From assembly GCF_006345805.1 (NCBI RefSeq), contig NC_043002.1, forward strand, positions 51,584,001-51,648,000: a stretch of DNA of 64,000 bases, written 5' to 3'. Source of the stretch: Octopus sinensis (taxonomy: Eukaryota). The translations under genes and the position numbers were made by a program. How positions within the stretch are numbered: position 1 is the first letter of the stretch; the number at the start of each line of letters is the position of its first letter. Of the stretch, positions 1 through 11,866 are shown piece after piece. The notes under the pieces are model-generated. The model saw nothing but the letters and a program-made list of their open reading frames with translations, ran no database searches and was not told the origin of the DNA.

Positions 1-55
1 ACACACATGCACACAAACTCATACACACACTGTAACTAAAACTTCTGTATGAATT

Positions 56-1420
56 ATGTTATTTCTTGCAGTGTGCACATGCAAATTTAAATATATATAT
101 ACACATATGTATACATATGTACAGCTAGAAAGGCATAGGAAAAATTTCTTTAGACTTTTCAATAATTTAGGACTAAACATTACTATTGGTAAAGACTATC
201 GTAAAGTGAATTTTCTTGTCACTACCTTTGGTCTTGATACTGGATTATTTGAACCATTCCATAAGCCAAATAATCATATTAAGTACATAAACGTATCATG
301 CAACCATCCACCCTCGATTATACAGGGACTAGTTAAGAATATATCTACAAGAATCTCTAGATTATCTGTTAATAAAAAAATTTTCAAATCACATGCGACT
401 TATTATAATGCTGCTCTAGCTAGGGCTGGGTACCATGAAAAATGTTAATATATACAAGAAGCTGGCATGTACAACACTGGTAATTCCTTTAACTGTGATA
501 CACATTGTATACCACTGCAACATCATGGTTTGAGAACCCACTCAGATAAAGAATACAGGCCAGAAAGAGTTGGTCATCTCAATGAGCTACCAATGAAAAC
601 TCATAGACACATGCAACATAATAATCCAAATGCTTCTTCCAATCCTGTTCAACACACTCGATCAAATAAGCCTAACAACAGATTCACCTTACTGGCACCT
701 GTGCTGGTGGCATGTGTAAAAGGATTCGAGTGAGGTCATTGCCAGTACTGCCTGACTGGCCCCCGTGTCGGTGGCACATAAAAAGCACCAACTACACTCT
801 TGGAGTGGTTGGCGTTAGGAAGGGCATCCAACTGTAGAAACTCTGCCAATCAAGATTGGAGCCTGGTGCAACCATCTGGTTCACCAGCCCTCAGTCAAAA
901 TCATCCAACCCATACTAGCATGGAAAGCGGATGTTGAATGATGAACGATGATGAACAGATATAGGAATCAGGGTGTCCTCGATCGGTTTGCATGTTTCAA
1001 TCAAGGTCACTGGAAAATTTTTTGCTGCTTTGGACAAGTGTTTTCTTAAATTTAATCGGTATCATGCGATTTTTTAATTGACACACCATAAAGGTATCAT
1101 ACACCAACTTTACTAATTTAGAGCAGCTTATGCATCGCATAAACAATAGCAAAATGTGGGAAAGGTTCAATAATCCACCTACTGGATCTAGCGAACATTT
1201 GCATCTAAATACCAACCGAGGAGATGTAAACCACCATGATAAACACCAATTATGCTCAAGTTGTAGTAGTAGAAATACTTATGATATAGCTAACTTGGTA
1301 ACAACACCGGTAAATGGAGTTGGGACTGCCATACATACAAATAAATATGATAAATGCTCACGCAGAGAAAAATCAAAATGTCCTTTGATGAATCTCTGTA
1401 TGAGTACAACATTTCTTTTT
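56..1420 (+). mobile_element. Degenerate Penelope-like element (Neptune-type RT thumb plus Cys-rich linker), interrupted by an RTE 3' end
   Basis: ORF 56-448 has GLNITI..VNFL..L.TG..EP..KPNN..YIN..CNHPP..I..L..NI..RISRLS..Y..AL..AGY, the PLE RT C-terminal pattern. ~1350-1410 encodes CSRREKSKCPLMNLC, resembling the CxC..CPL..C linker before GIY-YIG. Confidence 0.75.
690..955 (+). mobile_element. RTE LINE 3' UTR fragment with (GAT)n tail
   Basis: Matches the reverse complement of 13690-13900 (GGTTGGCGTTAGGAAGGGCATCC...CCAACCCAT.CTAGCATGGA...GATGATGA). Confidence 0.85.
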
Positions 1421-1649
1421 ATCTTGTATCTTATTTTAAACCTAAATCTTTTCTTTCATATTCTAATTCGCTAATTTTGGCTGACATATCCACCTTTTTC
1501 AAGTTCTCTTTTGTAACGGAGAACTTTCACTCACCCATATAAATAATTCTGCAACACACTTTGCTTTCAGTTTCATAATTTGAACATTTTCATATAAATA
1601 CATAATCATGTATAATACCATTAGTAATATTAATACTAACTAGCTGACA

Positions 1650-2800
1650 TTTTGCCCCTGACCCACTTCCCATAGCAGTAGAGCAACAAAACTTGGCACA
1701 GTTATTAGTCATTTTCTACATAGGAACCACCCAGAGTTACGCATTTCTCCCATCGTTTGATGCGGCTCTGGAGACCGTTTTTGTAGAAGAACCCAGCTTG
1801 GTCCTCCAACCTCAACGTGACTTCAGAAATCAAGGCTGCATCATCTGGGAAACGCTTTCCTTTCAAAAACAACTTCATGATTAGGAAGAGGTGAAAATCA
1901 GAGGGTGCAAGGTCAGGAAAGTAGGGGGGATGGGGAGGAGTTCATAGCCATACGCCTGTGCTTCTGATCTGGCGACAAGCGAGTTGTGGACCGGAGCGTT
2001 GTCCTGCAGGAGGAGGATGCCTTTGCTGATCTTGCCCTGCCTCTTGATTTTGATAACTTCTCTTAATTTCCTCAAAAATGAAGCATAATAGGCTCCTGCA
2101 ATTGTGGTACCCTTTGCCAGGAAATCTGTCATCACTACTCCGTCCTGGTCCCAGAAGACTGTGAGTATGACCTTGCCAGCGGAGGGCTGCACCCTTGCCT
2201 TCTTTGGAGGGGGTGAGTCATGGTGCTTCCACTGCATTGACTGGGCTTTGGTCTCTGGATCATCGTGATGGACCCAGGTTTCATCCTGTGTAATCAGTCT
2301 TTTGAAAAATTTTGACTCATCTTCTTGGCACATCTCCAAATTCACCCTCGAGCACTCGACGCGTTCTTGCTTCTGGAAAGGCGTGAGCAACCTGGGAATC
2401 CATCTGTCAGACACCTTTTGCATATGCAAATGGTCATGAATGATAGTTTCCACAGACCCGGTACTAATCTTGACCCCATGGGCTATTTGGCGAATAATTA
2501 TGTGTCGATCTTCCAAAATGGCAGCCTCAACTTGACGGACAGATGCCTCATCAATGGCAGAAGGGGGCGACCAGATCTGGGAGCTGTTTCCACAGAGTTC
2601 CGACCATGTTTGAATTCACGATGCCAGCGTTTTACAAGGTCATATGATGGGGCATCATCACCATAAGTTACTTTTATTTCATCAAAAGTCTCCCGTGGTG
2701 TGCGTCCTTTCAAATACAAAAACCGGATCACTGCTCGACACTCAACAGGCTCCATTTCACAGTACAAAAAACAATTATCACATTATTTATTTCTATTTTA
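1650..2800 (-). mobile_element. mariner (DD34D) transposon, near full-length transposase pseudogene with two frameshifts
   Basis: Pieces read ECRAVIRFL..KRWHREFK.GR..VE..PRSGRP, WIPRLLT, ITQDETW, SAGKVILTVFWD, QDNAP and PY.PDLAPSDF. 34 residues separate the last two Asp. Stop at 1705-1707. A complete TIR pair was not found. Confidence 0.93.
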
Positions 2801-3492
2801 TTTCAGTGGAAGATTATCCTTCCAAAGCTTGGAAACTTGGATTACCATTTTAAGAAAATGGATCAACACCCTAAAGCAGAATCTGTAAGCACTAAACCTT
2901 TTTTCTATTATTATATATTTTCACAAGCTAATAAAAGTTCCATTATTTATACAGTGTTATTGTTACTTGTCAGGGTTTACTCCCTTTGCCATTGCTTCTT
3001 TGTAGTCACTCACAAACAGTGAGAGTTTTAGGCTTGGAGTTGTCCTGTTCCTAATTTGGCTGCCTTCCAAGGCTGCTGAATGCTGACCACCCACTCGGAT
3101 ATACCACTGGTGTCGCTGTGGACCTTACTGTCAATACCTCCTCTCTCTGTCTGTCTGTCTGTCTCTCTCTCTTTCTCTCCCTTCCCATCTTCCTCTTCTA
3201 GTATTGGCTTTGCTGTTCTGCAAGAGGTTCATAGGAGACTTCTCACATTGTCCTTTGCTTCCAAGAAATGGGAAAAAGTTGAGCAAGAAGGCTAGCAATC
3301 TCTTTTATCTCATATGCTGTAAAAATTGCCTCAAGAAACAGGGAACCTGGAGGAGAGAGAGAGAGAGTGATCCAGTATTTAGCTGTTACTTTGTGTTGAT
3401 CAAGGAAAAATGGGTAGATCCCAGTGAAATTTGAACTCAAAATGTCACAATATCTTCATTATTTTAATGCCTGCTTTTTCATGCTTGCATAG

Positions 3493-3579
3493 ATCAGATG
3501 GAATTCATTGAGGCAAATTTTCTATGGCCTGAAGCCATTCCCTGCCTATTGCCCACCCATATATATGTTTCTGAGCAAG
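3493..3579 (+). CDS. Host gene internal exon (DQMEFIEANFLWPEAIPCLLPTHIYVSEQG), product unidentified
   Basis: ttttttcatgcttgcatag acceptor, AAG|gtaatt donor, 87 nt open frame. Phase-1 end fits the exon at 8393. Confidence 0.7.
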
Positions 3580-3759
3580 GTAATTATTGGAAGATAAGAA
3601 ATGGTCAACTCCCACCTGTATGATAGTGATATTCATTTATAATTATTATAGAATGTCAAAACAATACACAAACACAAACTTGCACGCTTGCTTGCTCACT
3701 CCCTCCCTCCCTCATTCACTCAATCACTCACTCACTCATCCACCTACCATTGTTGAGAT

Positions 3760-3880
3760 CAAGAGTGACTCACAGAAGATCTTCAATTTGCTTATGGAAA
3801 ACGACTACCTGGCCAGATTCCAAAAGTGGCAGGGACACCAGGACAGGTGTATTACTGAGCAGGATGACTATTTCAAAGGA
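3760..3880 (+). mobile_element. mariner transposase C-terminal fragment
   Basis: LMENDYLARFQKWQGHQDRCITEQDDYFKGD resembles the mariner C-terminus (F..W..RW.RCI...GDYFEGD). Confidence 0.7.
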
Positions 3881-3902
3881 GATGATGTTAAAACTTCAGT
3901 AC

Positions 3903-4093
3903 TCTTTTACGGTTTTACTTGTTTCAGTCATTTGACTGTGCCTATGCTGGAGCACTGCCTTTAGTCAAGCAAATCGACCCCAGGACTTGTTCTTTGTAAG
4001 CCTATCGGTATCTTTTGCCGAACCTCTAAGTTATGGGATGTAAACACACCAGCATTGCTTGTCAAGCAATGTTGGGGGGACAAACACATATAT

Positions 4094-4148
<55 letters not shown>

Positions 4149-4312
4149 TATATACGATGGGCTTCTTTCAGTTTCCATCTACCAAATCCACTCACAAGGC
4201 TTTGCTCGGCCCGAGGCTGTAGTAGAAGACACTTGCCCAAGGTGAAATGCAGGGGTACTGAACCTGGAACCATGTGGTTCATAAGCAAGCTACTTACCAC
4301 ACAACCACTCCT
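3903..4312 (-). mobile_element. SINE family A (tRNA-like head, central CA/TA microsatellite, LINE-like tail)
   Basis: Reverse complement of AGGAGTGG.TGTGTGGTAAGTAGCTTGCTT..AACCACATGGTTCC.GGTTCAG...CCAGCAT..CAGTCAAATGACTGAAACAAGTAAAA. Many copies in the window. Confidence 0.9.
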
Positions 4313-4470
4313 AAGTTATTTTTTATGAAACCTAACTAGCTCAGGAACTTCTTGATGCCACCACATATTATTGTTCCTCACTGGACGGGACACTGGTCAG
4401 TCGCAGGGTTACTCATTTTTGCCAGCTGAGTGAACTGGAGCAATGTGAAATGAAGTGTTTTGCTCTAGAA

Positions 4471-5133
4471 CAGTAGTCCCCAAAGTGGATGGTATTGTTC
4501 TCTTGGGGGCATTGGAATTATCCAGGGGGCATTCAAGAAAAGTGGGATGATAACAGGGTGGCCAAAATGGGGTGATAGATGTAAAAAAAATATTAATAAA
4601 TATCTAGGCGCAGGAGTGGCTGTGTGGTAAGTAGCTTGCTTACCAACCACATGGTTCTGGGTTCAATCCCACTGTGTGGCACCTTGGGCAAGTGTCTTCT
4701 ACTATAGCCTCAGGCCGACCAAAGCCTTGTGAGTGGATTTGGTAGACGGAAACTGAAAGAAGCCCATCGTATATATGTGTGTGTGTGTGTATATGTTTGT
4801 GTGTCTGTGTTCCCCCCCCCCCCGGCCAATATTGCTTGACAACCGATGGTGGTGTGTTCGGCAAAAGAGATCAAGAGAATAAGTACTAGGCTTACAAAGA
4901 ATAAGTCCTGGGGTCGATTTGCTCAACTAAAGGTGGTGCTCCAGCATGGCTGCAGTCAAATGACTGAAACAAGTAAAAGAGTAAAAGCATTTAATTAGGT
5001 TTAAGTTTCATTTGTGAAATACAGTTGTGTTGAATTTGCTGCAGAAAGTGGTCTATATTTGTGGTGGGAAGGTTGCTAGGAATGTGGCCTGGGAGCCAAG
5101 GGGCTGGCAGCCTAAGAAGTTTGGGAACCACTG
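4471..5133. mobile_element. hAT (Charlie-like) MITE with 8-bp TSD, containing a SINE-A copy
   Basis: TIRs CAGTAGTCCCCAAAGT / CAGTGGTTCCCAAACT(rc). Perfect TSD CTCTAGAA at 4463-4470 and 5134-5141. Confidence 0.9.
4606..4987 (+). mobile_element. SINE family A, full length
   Basis: AGGCGCAGGAGTGGCTGTGTGG head through GACTGAAACAAGTAAAAGAGTAAAAG tail. Confidence 0.92.
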
Positions 5134-5619
5134 CTCTAGAACATAATATATCACCCCCATCTAGGAACTGAAACCGCAATCTTATGATCATGAGTGCAAC
5201 ACTGCAATCACTAAGCCATGTGCCTCTACATCCATGCTATACTAAATGATATTATAATGTACCATCATTAAATATCACTGTTCTATGTTATAATATGCCA
5301 CCAATGCTCTTTAATTTCCATAGCTCCGAAAACAAGTTATGAACAGCATTGTGCTCGATAATGTCCAGCAACAGCTTACAGGTAAACCTTTTCTTTATCA
5401 GCTGAATTTTAATTGGTGATTGTATTCATACTGGTACATTTGTTATTAATTACTTTGAAGTGTTATTGGAGTGTCATAGCATATGTTGTGAAGATATATC
5501 CAGCTAATGACAGCTTGAGGAAAATTACATCAAACTGATTCTGATTATGATATTTATGTTAGTAATGATGTTGATGATGATGAGAAATATTCATGCAACT
5601 ATTGGAAAAAAAAGTCTTT

Positions 5620-7120
5620 AAGGTGCAGGTGTGGCTGTGTTGTAAGAAGTCTGCTTCCCAACTGCATGGTATTGGGTTCAGTCCCACTGTGTGGCACCTT
5701 GGACAAGTGTCTTCTACTATAGCCACAGGCCGACTAAAGTCTTGTGAGTGGATTTGGTAGAGAGAAACTTAAGAAGCTTGTGTGTGTGTGTGTGTGTGTG
5801 TATATATACACAAACACACACACACACACACACACGCATGGGCATGGCTGTATTGTAAGAAGGTTGCTTCCTTCTTACTATAAGGCAGCGAGCTAGCAGA
5901 AATGTGAGCACGCCAGGTCAAATGCTTAGCAGTATTTCGTCTACTGCTACGTCCTGAGTTCAAATTCTGCCGAGGTCGACTTTATGTTTCATCCTTTCGG
6001 GGTCGATTAAATAAGTACCAGTTACACACTGGGGTCGATATAATCGACTTAATCCATCTATCTGTCCTTGTTTGTCCCCTCTGTGTGTAGCCCCTTGTGG
6101 GCAGTAAATAAATAAGAAGGTTGCTTCCCAACCACATGGTTCTGGGTTCAGTCCCATTGCCTGGCACCTCAGGCAAGTGTCTTCTACTATAGCTTCAGAC
6201 TGACAAAGCTTTCTGAGTGGATTTTGATTGATGGAAGCTGAAATAAACCTCTTGTAGAGATATGTGTGTGCTTTTGTGTCTATGTTTGTCCCCTACCACT
6301 GCCTGACAACTCGTATTGGTGTGTTTATGTCCCTATAACTTAGCAGTTTGGTGATAGAGACTGATAGAATAAGCACCAGGCTTAAGAAACAAAAATATGT
6401 ACTAGGTTGATTTGTTCAACTAAAATTCTTCAACGTTCTGTCCCAGCATAGCCACAGTCTAATGACTGAAGCAGGGCTGCTAAGCTGTAAGGAAGTAAAC
6501 GTACCAACACTGGTTGTCAAGTGATGGTTGGGGACAAACACACAAGAGAGACATATATATATATATTTTTTTTTCTTTTACTTGTTTCAGTCATTTGACT
6601 GCAGCCATGCTGGAGCACTGCCCTTAGTCGAACAAGTTGACCCCAGGACTTATTCTTTGTAAGCCTAGTACTTATTCTATTGGTCACTTTTGTCGAACTG
6701 CTGAGTTACAGGGACATAAACACACCAACATCAGTTGTCAAGCAATGGTGGGGGGACAGACATACAGACACACACGCACACATATCTCTACAAGAGACTT
6801 CTTTCAGTTTCCATCTACCAAATCCACTCACAAGGCTTTGCTCGGCCTGAGGCTACCATAGAAGACACTTACTCAAGGTGCCATGCAGTGGGACTGAACC
6901 CAGAAACATGTGGTTCGTAAGCAAGTTACATGCCACACAGCCATGCCTGTGCTATATATATATATGATAGGCTTCTTTCTGTCTACTAAATCCACTCACA
7001 AGACTTTGGTCAGCCTGAGGCTATAGTAGAAGACCCTTGCCCAAGATACCACACCATGGAACTGAACCTGAAACCGTGTGATTGTGGAGTAAACTTCATA
7101 CTACACAGCCAAACCTGCAC
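5620..7120. mobile_element. Cluster of SINE-A copies (+ at ~5620-5820 and ~5836-6470; - at ~6575-6950 and ~6965-7120)
   Basis: Repeated head, core and tail motifs of family A in both orientations. Confidence 0.85.
5882..6113 (+). mobile_element. SINE family B (tRNA-like head, Meta-domain-like core) inserted in a SINE-A with 15-bp TSD
   Basis: AAGGCAGCGAGCT.GCAGAA...GTTCAAATTC.GCCGAGGTCGACTTT...TTTCATCCTTTCGGGGTCGAT. TSD AAGAAGGTTGCTTCC at 5857-5871 and 6114-6128. Confidence 0.88.
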
Positions 7121-7690
7121 CACAATAGGTTATAAATGGGTAGGTTTTTCATAAACTTGAGGGTGAAGATAATGTTAACCTTTCTTGGACACTGTGTTTT
7201 TGCTATCAAAGAGATGGGGATAGTTACAAAATACTTATTGAATAACAGACAGCAACAATTACATTCTTAATTAATGGATTGCAACTGGAAATGCTGATTA
7301 TGTCACACTTTTGTAGACAATATTACACGTGGTCAGCAGCTGTTCAAAAATGTCAACAATGTATGACCTCCCATTGTGGTTTGATGTTATTTGCAAAACA
7401 GTATACAATAGTATCAATAAGTAAAAAAATTTTTTGTAATAAACATTGACAATGCCTCTGTTATGAATGCATGCTATAAACATTAGAAATATTTTTTGAA
7501 CATACTCATCAAAACTTCTGCTTAGTGCAAAAATAACAGGCCAGATATAGCTGATAGGGATATAAAGGATAATCATTGTACACTCATAGAGATGGACTGC
7601 CCTAAATCAGTGTAAAGAATATTTATGGACAACTACTTTGAAACTTTCAGTTTCTCTACCCTGTTTATGAATTTAGATTTATACAAATAA

Positions 7691-8091
7691 CTAACAGTAT
7701 AGCCCAGCGTTGCTCGGGCTTGTTTTCTTTACGACCCTTTAGAATTGGAATTTTTGAAAAGTAAAAACTTTGTATTATGTAGCTTGTTTATTCTCTATAA
7801 GTGAACATTTTTGTGGTTGAAATACACTGAAAAATGGTGATACAGCCATAAAAAAATCGTAAAAAATAGGGATTTTCATAGAAAAAAGGCACCTTTTTGA
7901 TGTAAATAATTTTTGGTGTTAACATGGTTCGATTTGAATTTTATCTTCTACGGAAGCAAGAGCAAGCCTTCTTCTATCATACTCTCAATTTTGGTCAACT
8001 TGCGCCGCAGGGTCTTGGAGGAGATAGTGTTAGTTGAAGGCTACCAAACCCGCCATACACAGACAACTTCAGCTTTATATATATATATAGA
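7691..8091 (-). mobile_element. Non-autonomous Helitron
   Basis: On - strand: A|TC start, subterminal CCCGAGCAACGCTGGG hairpin, TTAG|T end. 3' end shared with the 36216, 47823 and 58197 copies. Confidence 0.75.
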
Positions 8092-8392
8092 TTAATGGTG
8101 TAGTTAGCTGTGGAAGTAAATGTTTAAGTGTCAATCAAAAAAAAAAGCCTGGATTTCAAGATAAAGAAAGAGATTGACTTTCTTCTACTTTACAAGTACA
8201 ATCTGTAAGTACTTCAGCAAAAATATGCAAGACTTTTCTATAAATCAACATGTAATGCTTATTGTTGTTTCTTTCCAAATTCCTGTTATGGAGACTTAGT
8301 TTCTTTGTTAGAAGTAATTTCTTTCTTTGTAGCAGATTTAATTACTATGCCTGTAATCTCTGTGTATGTATGTGTGTGCTTTTTCATTGAAG

Positions 8393-8501
8393 GTTATGAA
8401 CGACAGAAACATCCAATGGTTGATGCTGAACTGGAAAAAATGCTGTTAGATATCCATAATACTTTTGAATCATATTCTACAGCAACAGATATAACATTAG
8501 G
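8393..8501 (+). CDS. Host gene internal exon (YERQKHPMVDAELEKMLLDIHNTFESYSTATDITLG)
   Basis: ttttcattgaag acceptor, strong GG|gtaagt donor, 109 nt, phase 1 to phase 2, one open frame. Confidence 0.8.
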
Positions 8502-8741
8502 GTAAGTCTTCATATATTGTAAGTCTTCTATGCACTAAAAGTCTGCATCCTCTGTTTTATTAATGTTTTATATTGGGTATAAAAGACCAATTTGAAATGA
8601 GTAACAACATTCCCAGCAGACCTGATATTTCCATGCAGCTTTTTGAACTGAGAAATGTAGAGTAAAGTGCCCTGTCAGCGATAGTAACTTACCTGTAACA
8701 GATGTGAACTTGTGATCCATATCATGGTAGTTCAATCATTG

Positions 8742-9180
8742 TTTAACATCTGCCTTCCATGGTGGGATGGTTTGACAGGAGCTGGCTGGGCAGAAACCTG
8801 CACCAGACTTCTGTGACTGTTTTGGCTGGATTTTTACAACTGGATGCCCTTCCTAACACCAACCACTCAGCAGAGTGGACTTTGTGCTTTTTATGTGGCA
8901 CAAGCACAGGCACAGTCAGTTTTAGCAAGGTTTTTACAGCAGGATGCCTTTCCAAATGCCAATCACTTTACAGTGGGGACTTGATACTTTTTAAGTGGCA
9001 CCTGCACTGGCAGGGTCACCAAGTACCTTGCAAGACAAAAAAAAAATTATCTTTTGAGTGGATGGGAGTGGGGGAATTAGAGGAGGTGATATCGTGTCAG
9101 ATGAAAGGTTATAGTGAGACAGAGAGACAGAAACGGGTGTCTTGCTGTAGAAGTGGTACAAGTTTATCTGGCTGGTGAGA
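8742..9180 (-). mobile_element. Older RTE 3' fragment
   Basis: TTTAACATCTGCCTTCCATG...CTGGATGCCCTTCCTAACACCAACCAC, diverged relative of 13690-13900. Confidence 0.75.
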
Positions 9181-9389
9181 AAGAGAGAGAGATCAGGAAT
9201 GAAGTACTTGTTGTGTTGCCCAAGTAGTTCAGTGAGTTACTGTCATGAGGTCCTTGCAAAATTAAGTTAGTTACAGCGTATGATGATGTGTTCAATATTA
9301 GTGAGAATATTACTGGAAGTGAGTTAAAGTAACATGCAGATTAGCTAGTTTGAAATTTTCTATAAGTGATGAGAGCTGTAACTATACTG

Positions 9390-9886
9390 AGAAGTAATGT
9401 TTATCACCACTTAAACATGGCTGTTCTGGAGGAACCGACATTACTGCTATTATTAACCACTATTATTATCCAGCTGATAATTCAATGCAATCTGTATCTG
9501 ATATATTTTGAAAGCAGGAGAGTGAACTCCTACCATCTTCCAGCAATGGCAGGATCACCAGACTGTACAGTTTTGACCTTTTTGTGGTCAACCTCAGTGG
9601 TGGATATTTACCCAGTAGAGATAGCAGCAGTTCTGGAGTGAATCACTGCTGTCTCTAGTGGACAAGTATCCACCACTGAGTATGACCACAAAGAGCTTGA
9701 AACTATATAGTTTGGTGATGTTGTGGCTAGAAGATTGTTGTGGGTCCACTCCCCTGCTTGCAGTATATATCGAGTGAGATCGCATCAAATAACCAGGTGG
9801 AGGAGTTGTTCTCCTGGGGTTGAAAATAGCAGTAATGTTGGTTCATACAGAACAGTCATGTTTAACTGGTGATAAACATTAATTCT
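9390..9886. repeat. Long imperfect inverted repeat (foldback), ~240-bp arms, 18-nt loop
   Basis: Inner 74 bp (9554-9627 vs 9646-9719) align without gaps at 60/74 identity. Pairing continues outward to AGAAGTAATGTTTATCACCACTTAAACATG vs its reverse complement near 9860-9886. Confidence 0.92.
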
Positions 9887-9959
9887 GTGTTAAAGTAGTT
9901 TTGTAAGAATTTCACCCTCTTAAATATCTTTAAATTTGATTTCACATTTTCATTTCCAG

Positions 9960-10057
9960 AAGTCATTGTGCTTGTACTTACGGACACAAAAACCCAGCAA
10001 TAGAAGCATTTTTCCAGAAATCTTTTGAACAAAGTCTTGCTTTTTCTCCTCAAGCAA
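9960..10057 (+). CDS. Host gene internal exon (GSHCACTYGHKNPAIEAFFQKSFEQSLAFSPQA...); alternative donors at 10119 or 10125
   Basis: ttcacattttcatttccag acceptor. Phase-2 start joins 8501 in frame. Frame stays open to TGA at 10129-10131. Donor ambiguous (gtaata, gtattg, gtctga). Confidence 0.7.
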
Positions 10058-11264
10058 GTAATATGATCTTTATAATGGAAACGCTGGCTCGGAACCATTT
10101 AAGAGATGATAAAGAACTTGTATTGGTCTGATTTTCATGTATTGGTGTGATTTTCAAGGCCTTGTTTTGTTTTTGTTTCAAAGCTTAATTATTTAACCTA
10201 AGATTATCTCTTTTAAATTGTTTTTCAAACTTTGCAGAAGTTTGTAGTTTTTTTATATGCAGTTTACTTAAAAATTCGAATATTTATGAATTTTCAATAA
10301 AATATTTAAAAACCCTTTTTGCAAAGTTGATTTTAAAACTAATTCTCTTGTGGAAGCAGCAGCCAACCATTGGATTGTGGAACCTCAACAGACAAGCATA
10401 TCTTGTTTTGCTATTGTTTTTATATTATTGGTAGCCACAATGCATAAAGGTTGGAAAGGTTTAGGAATGGAATTATTTCCCACCATCCAACCCATGCCAG
10501 CATGGAAAACAGACATTAAATGATGATGATGATGATTCAAAATTTGAGCTATAGTGTTGTTTACATAATTCTGCTTGTATCAGTGTGTGTGTGTATAAAG
10601 TGCATGTGAAATTGTAAAAAGGAAATCAGGCAGAATTAATATAAAGGAATTTAGAGTTCATTTTGAAGAAAATTTGGAAGAATCTACAAAAATAACAAAA
10701 CAATATTAGTGTGTTTATATTTTCAAACAATCCAAGTATATTAATTATGATTAAGTTGTATTTTCTTCATTTCATCTTGCTTCTTTACCTCCCTCCTTCT
10801 CATCACCTCATCATTTTCTCAGCTGTCCTTATAATCAATATTCTCATTATCATATGTGTAATTACAGAGAATAAAAGTTCCCTATTATTACATCATTTTA
10901 GACTCATCTGTGCAACATACACGTCTATAACACGTGTGTGGATAGAGAATTTATTTTATTTTTCATTTTTATTATTATTTTTTTTTTATGATGATCATGT
11001 TTCTTCATGAGCATTGAGGCTGTAATCAGAACCTGATATACTCACAAAACACTCTTGGTTATTGTGATTTAAGCTCTCCATTGCCCCTCCTCTCCTGTTC
11101 CGTCTCTAATATCATCAATTCAACACGTTTCTCAGCTCAGTTTCCTGTAGTTATACTGTTTCAGTTGATATCATACAGGTACTGTCACTAATTTTTCTTC
11201 TACTTTATATAAATACTTGAAATCAACATTGGCATTTCGATGTTAATATCAAACAAATATTAAA

Positions 11265-11850
11265 GTGGTGAGCTGGCAGAATTGTTAGCATGTCAGGCAA
11301 ACTGCTCAGTAGTATTTCATTTATCTTTATGTTCTGAGTTCAAATTCTGCAAGGTTGACTTTGCCTTTCAGTCTTTCAGGGGTCAATAAAATACCAGTTC
11401 AATACTGGGACCGATGTAATTGACTTACCCCTTTCCCCAAAATTGCTGGCCTTGTACCAAAATTTGAATTTAACATTAAACAAATATAAGGCTTGCAGAT
11501 TGGCAGAATCATGCTGGGCAAAAGACTTAGCAGCATTTCATTCCTCTTTATGTTCTGAGTTCAAATTCTGTAAGATTGACTTTGCTTTTCATTCTTTCAG
11601 GGTTGATAAAATATGTACCAGTTGAGTATTGGGGTTGATGTAATCAATTTTCACCCTTCCTTGAAGTTGCTGGCCTTGTGCTCAAATTTGAAACTAATAT
11701 TAAACAAATATAAGGCAGTGAAATGGCAGATTCATTAACACACTGAGCAAATACTTAGCAGCATTTCATCCATCTTTTACATCAGTGGAATCGACTAGCC
11801 CTCTTCCCCAAAATTGCTGCCCTTGTGGCAAAATTTGAAACCATTATTAT
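11265..11850 (+). mobile_element. Tandem degenerate SINE-B copies
   Basis: Three successive AAGG..G.GAGCTGGCAGAA...GTTCAAATTC...GCCTTGTGCCAAAATTTGAAAC units. Confidence 0.8.
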
Positions 11851-11866
11851 TATTATTATTATTATT

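Larger units (their letters stand above)
4325..5228 (-). mobile_element. SINE family C (tRNA head plus V-domain-like core), split by a hAT MITE
   Basis: Head at ~5150-5228 and body at ~4325-4470 together match the intact copy at 18853-19100. Confidence 0.8.

Noticed and set aside
3201-3295. Protein-like segment IGFAVLQEVHRRLLTLSFASKKWEKVEQEG after a pyrimidine tract
   Set aside because: No GT donor in the required phase; only a weak GC option before an in-frame stop. Not called as an exon.
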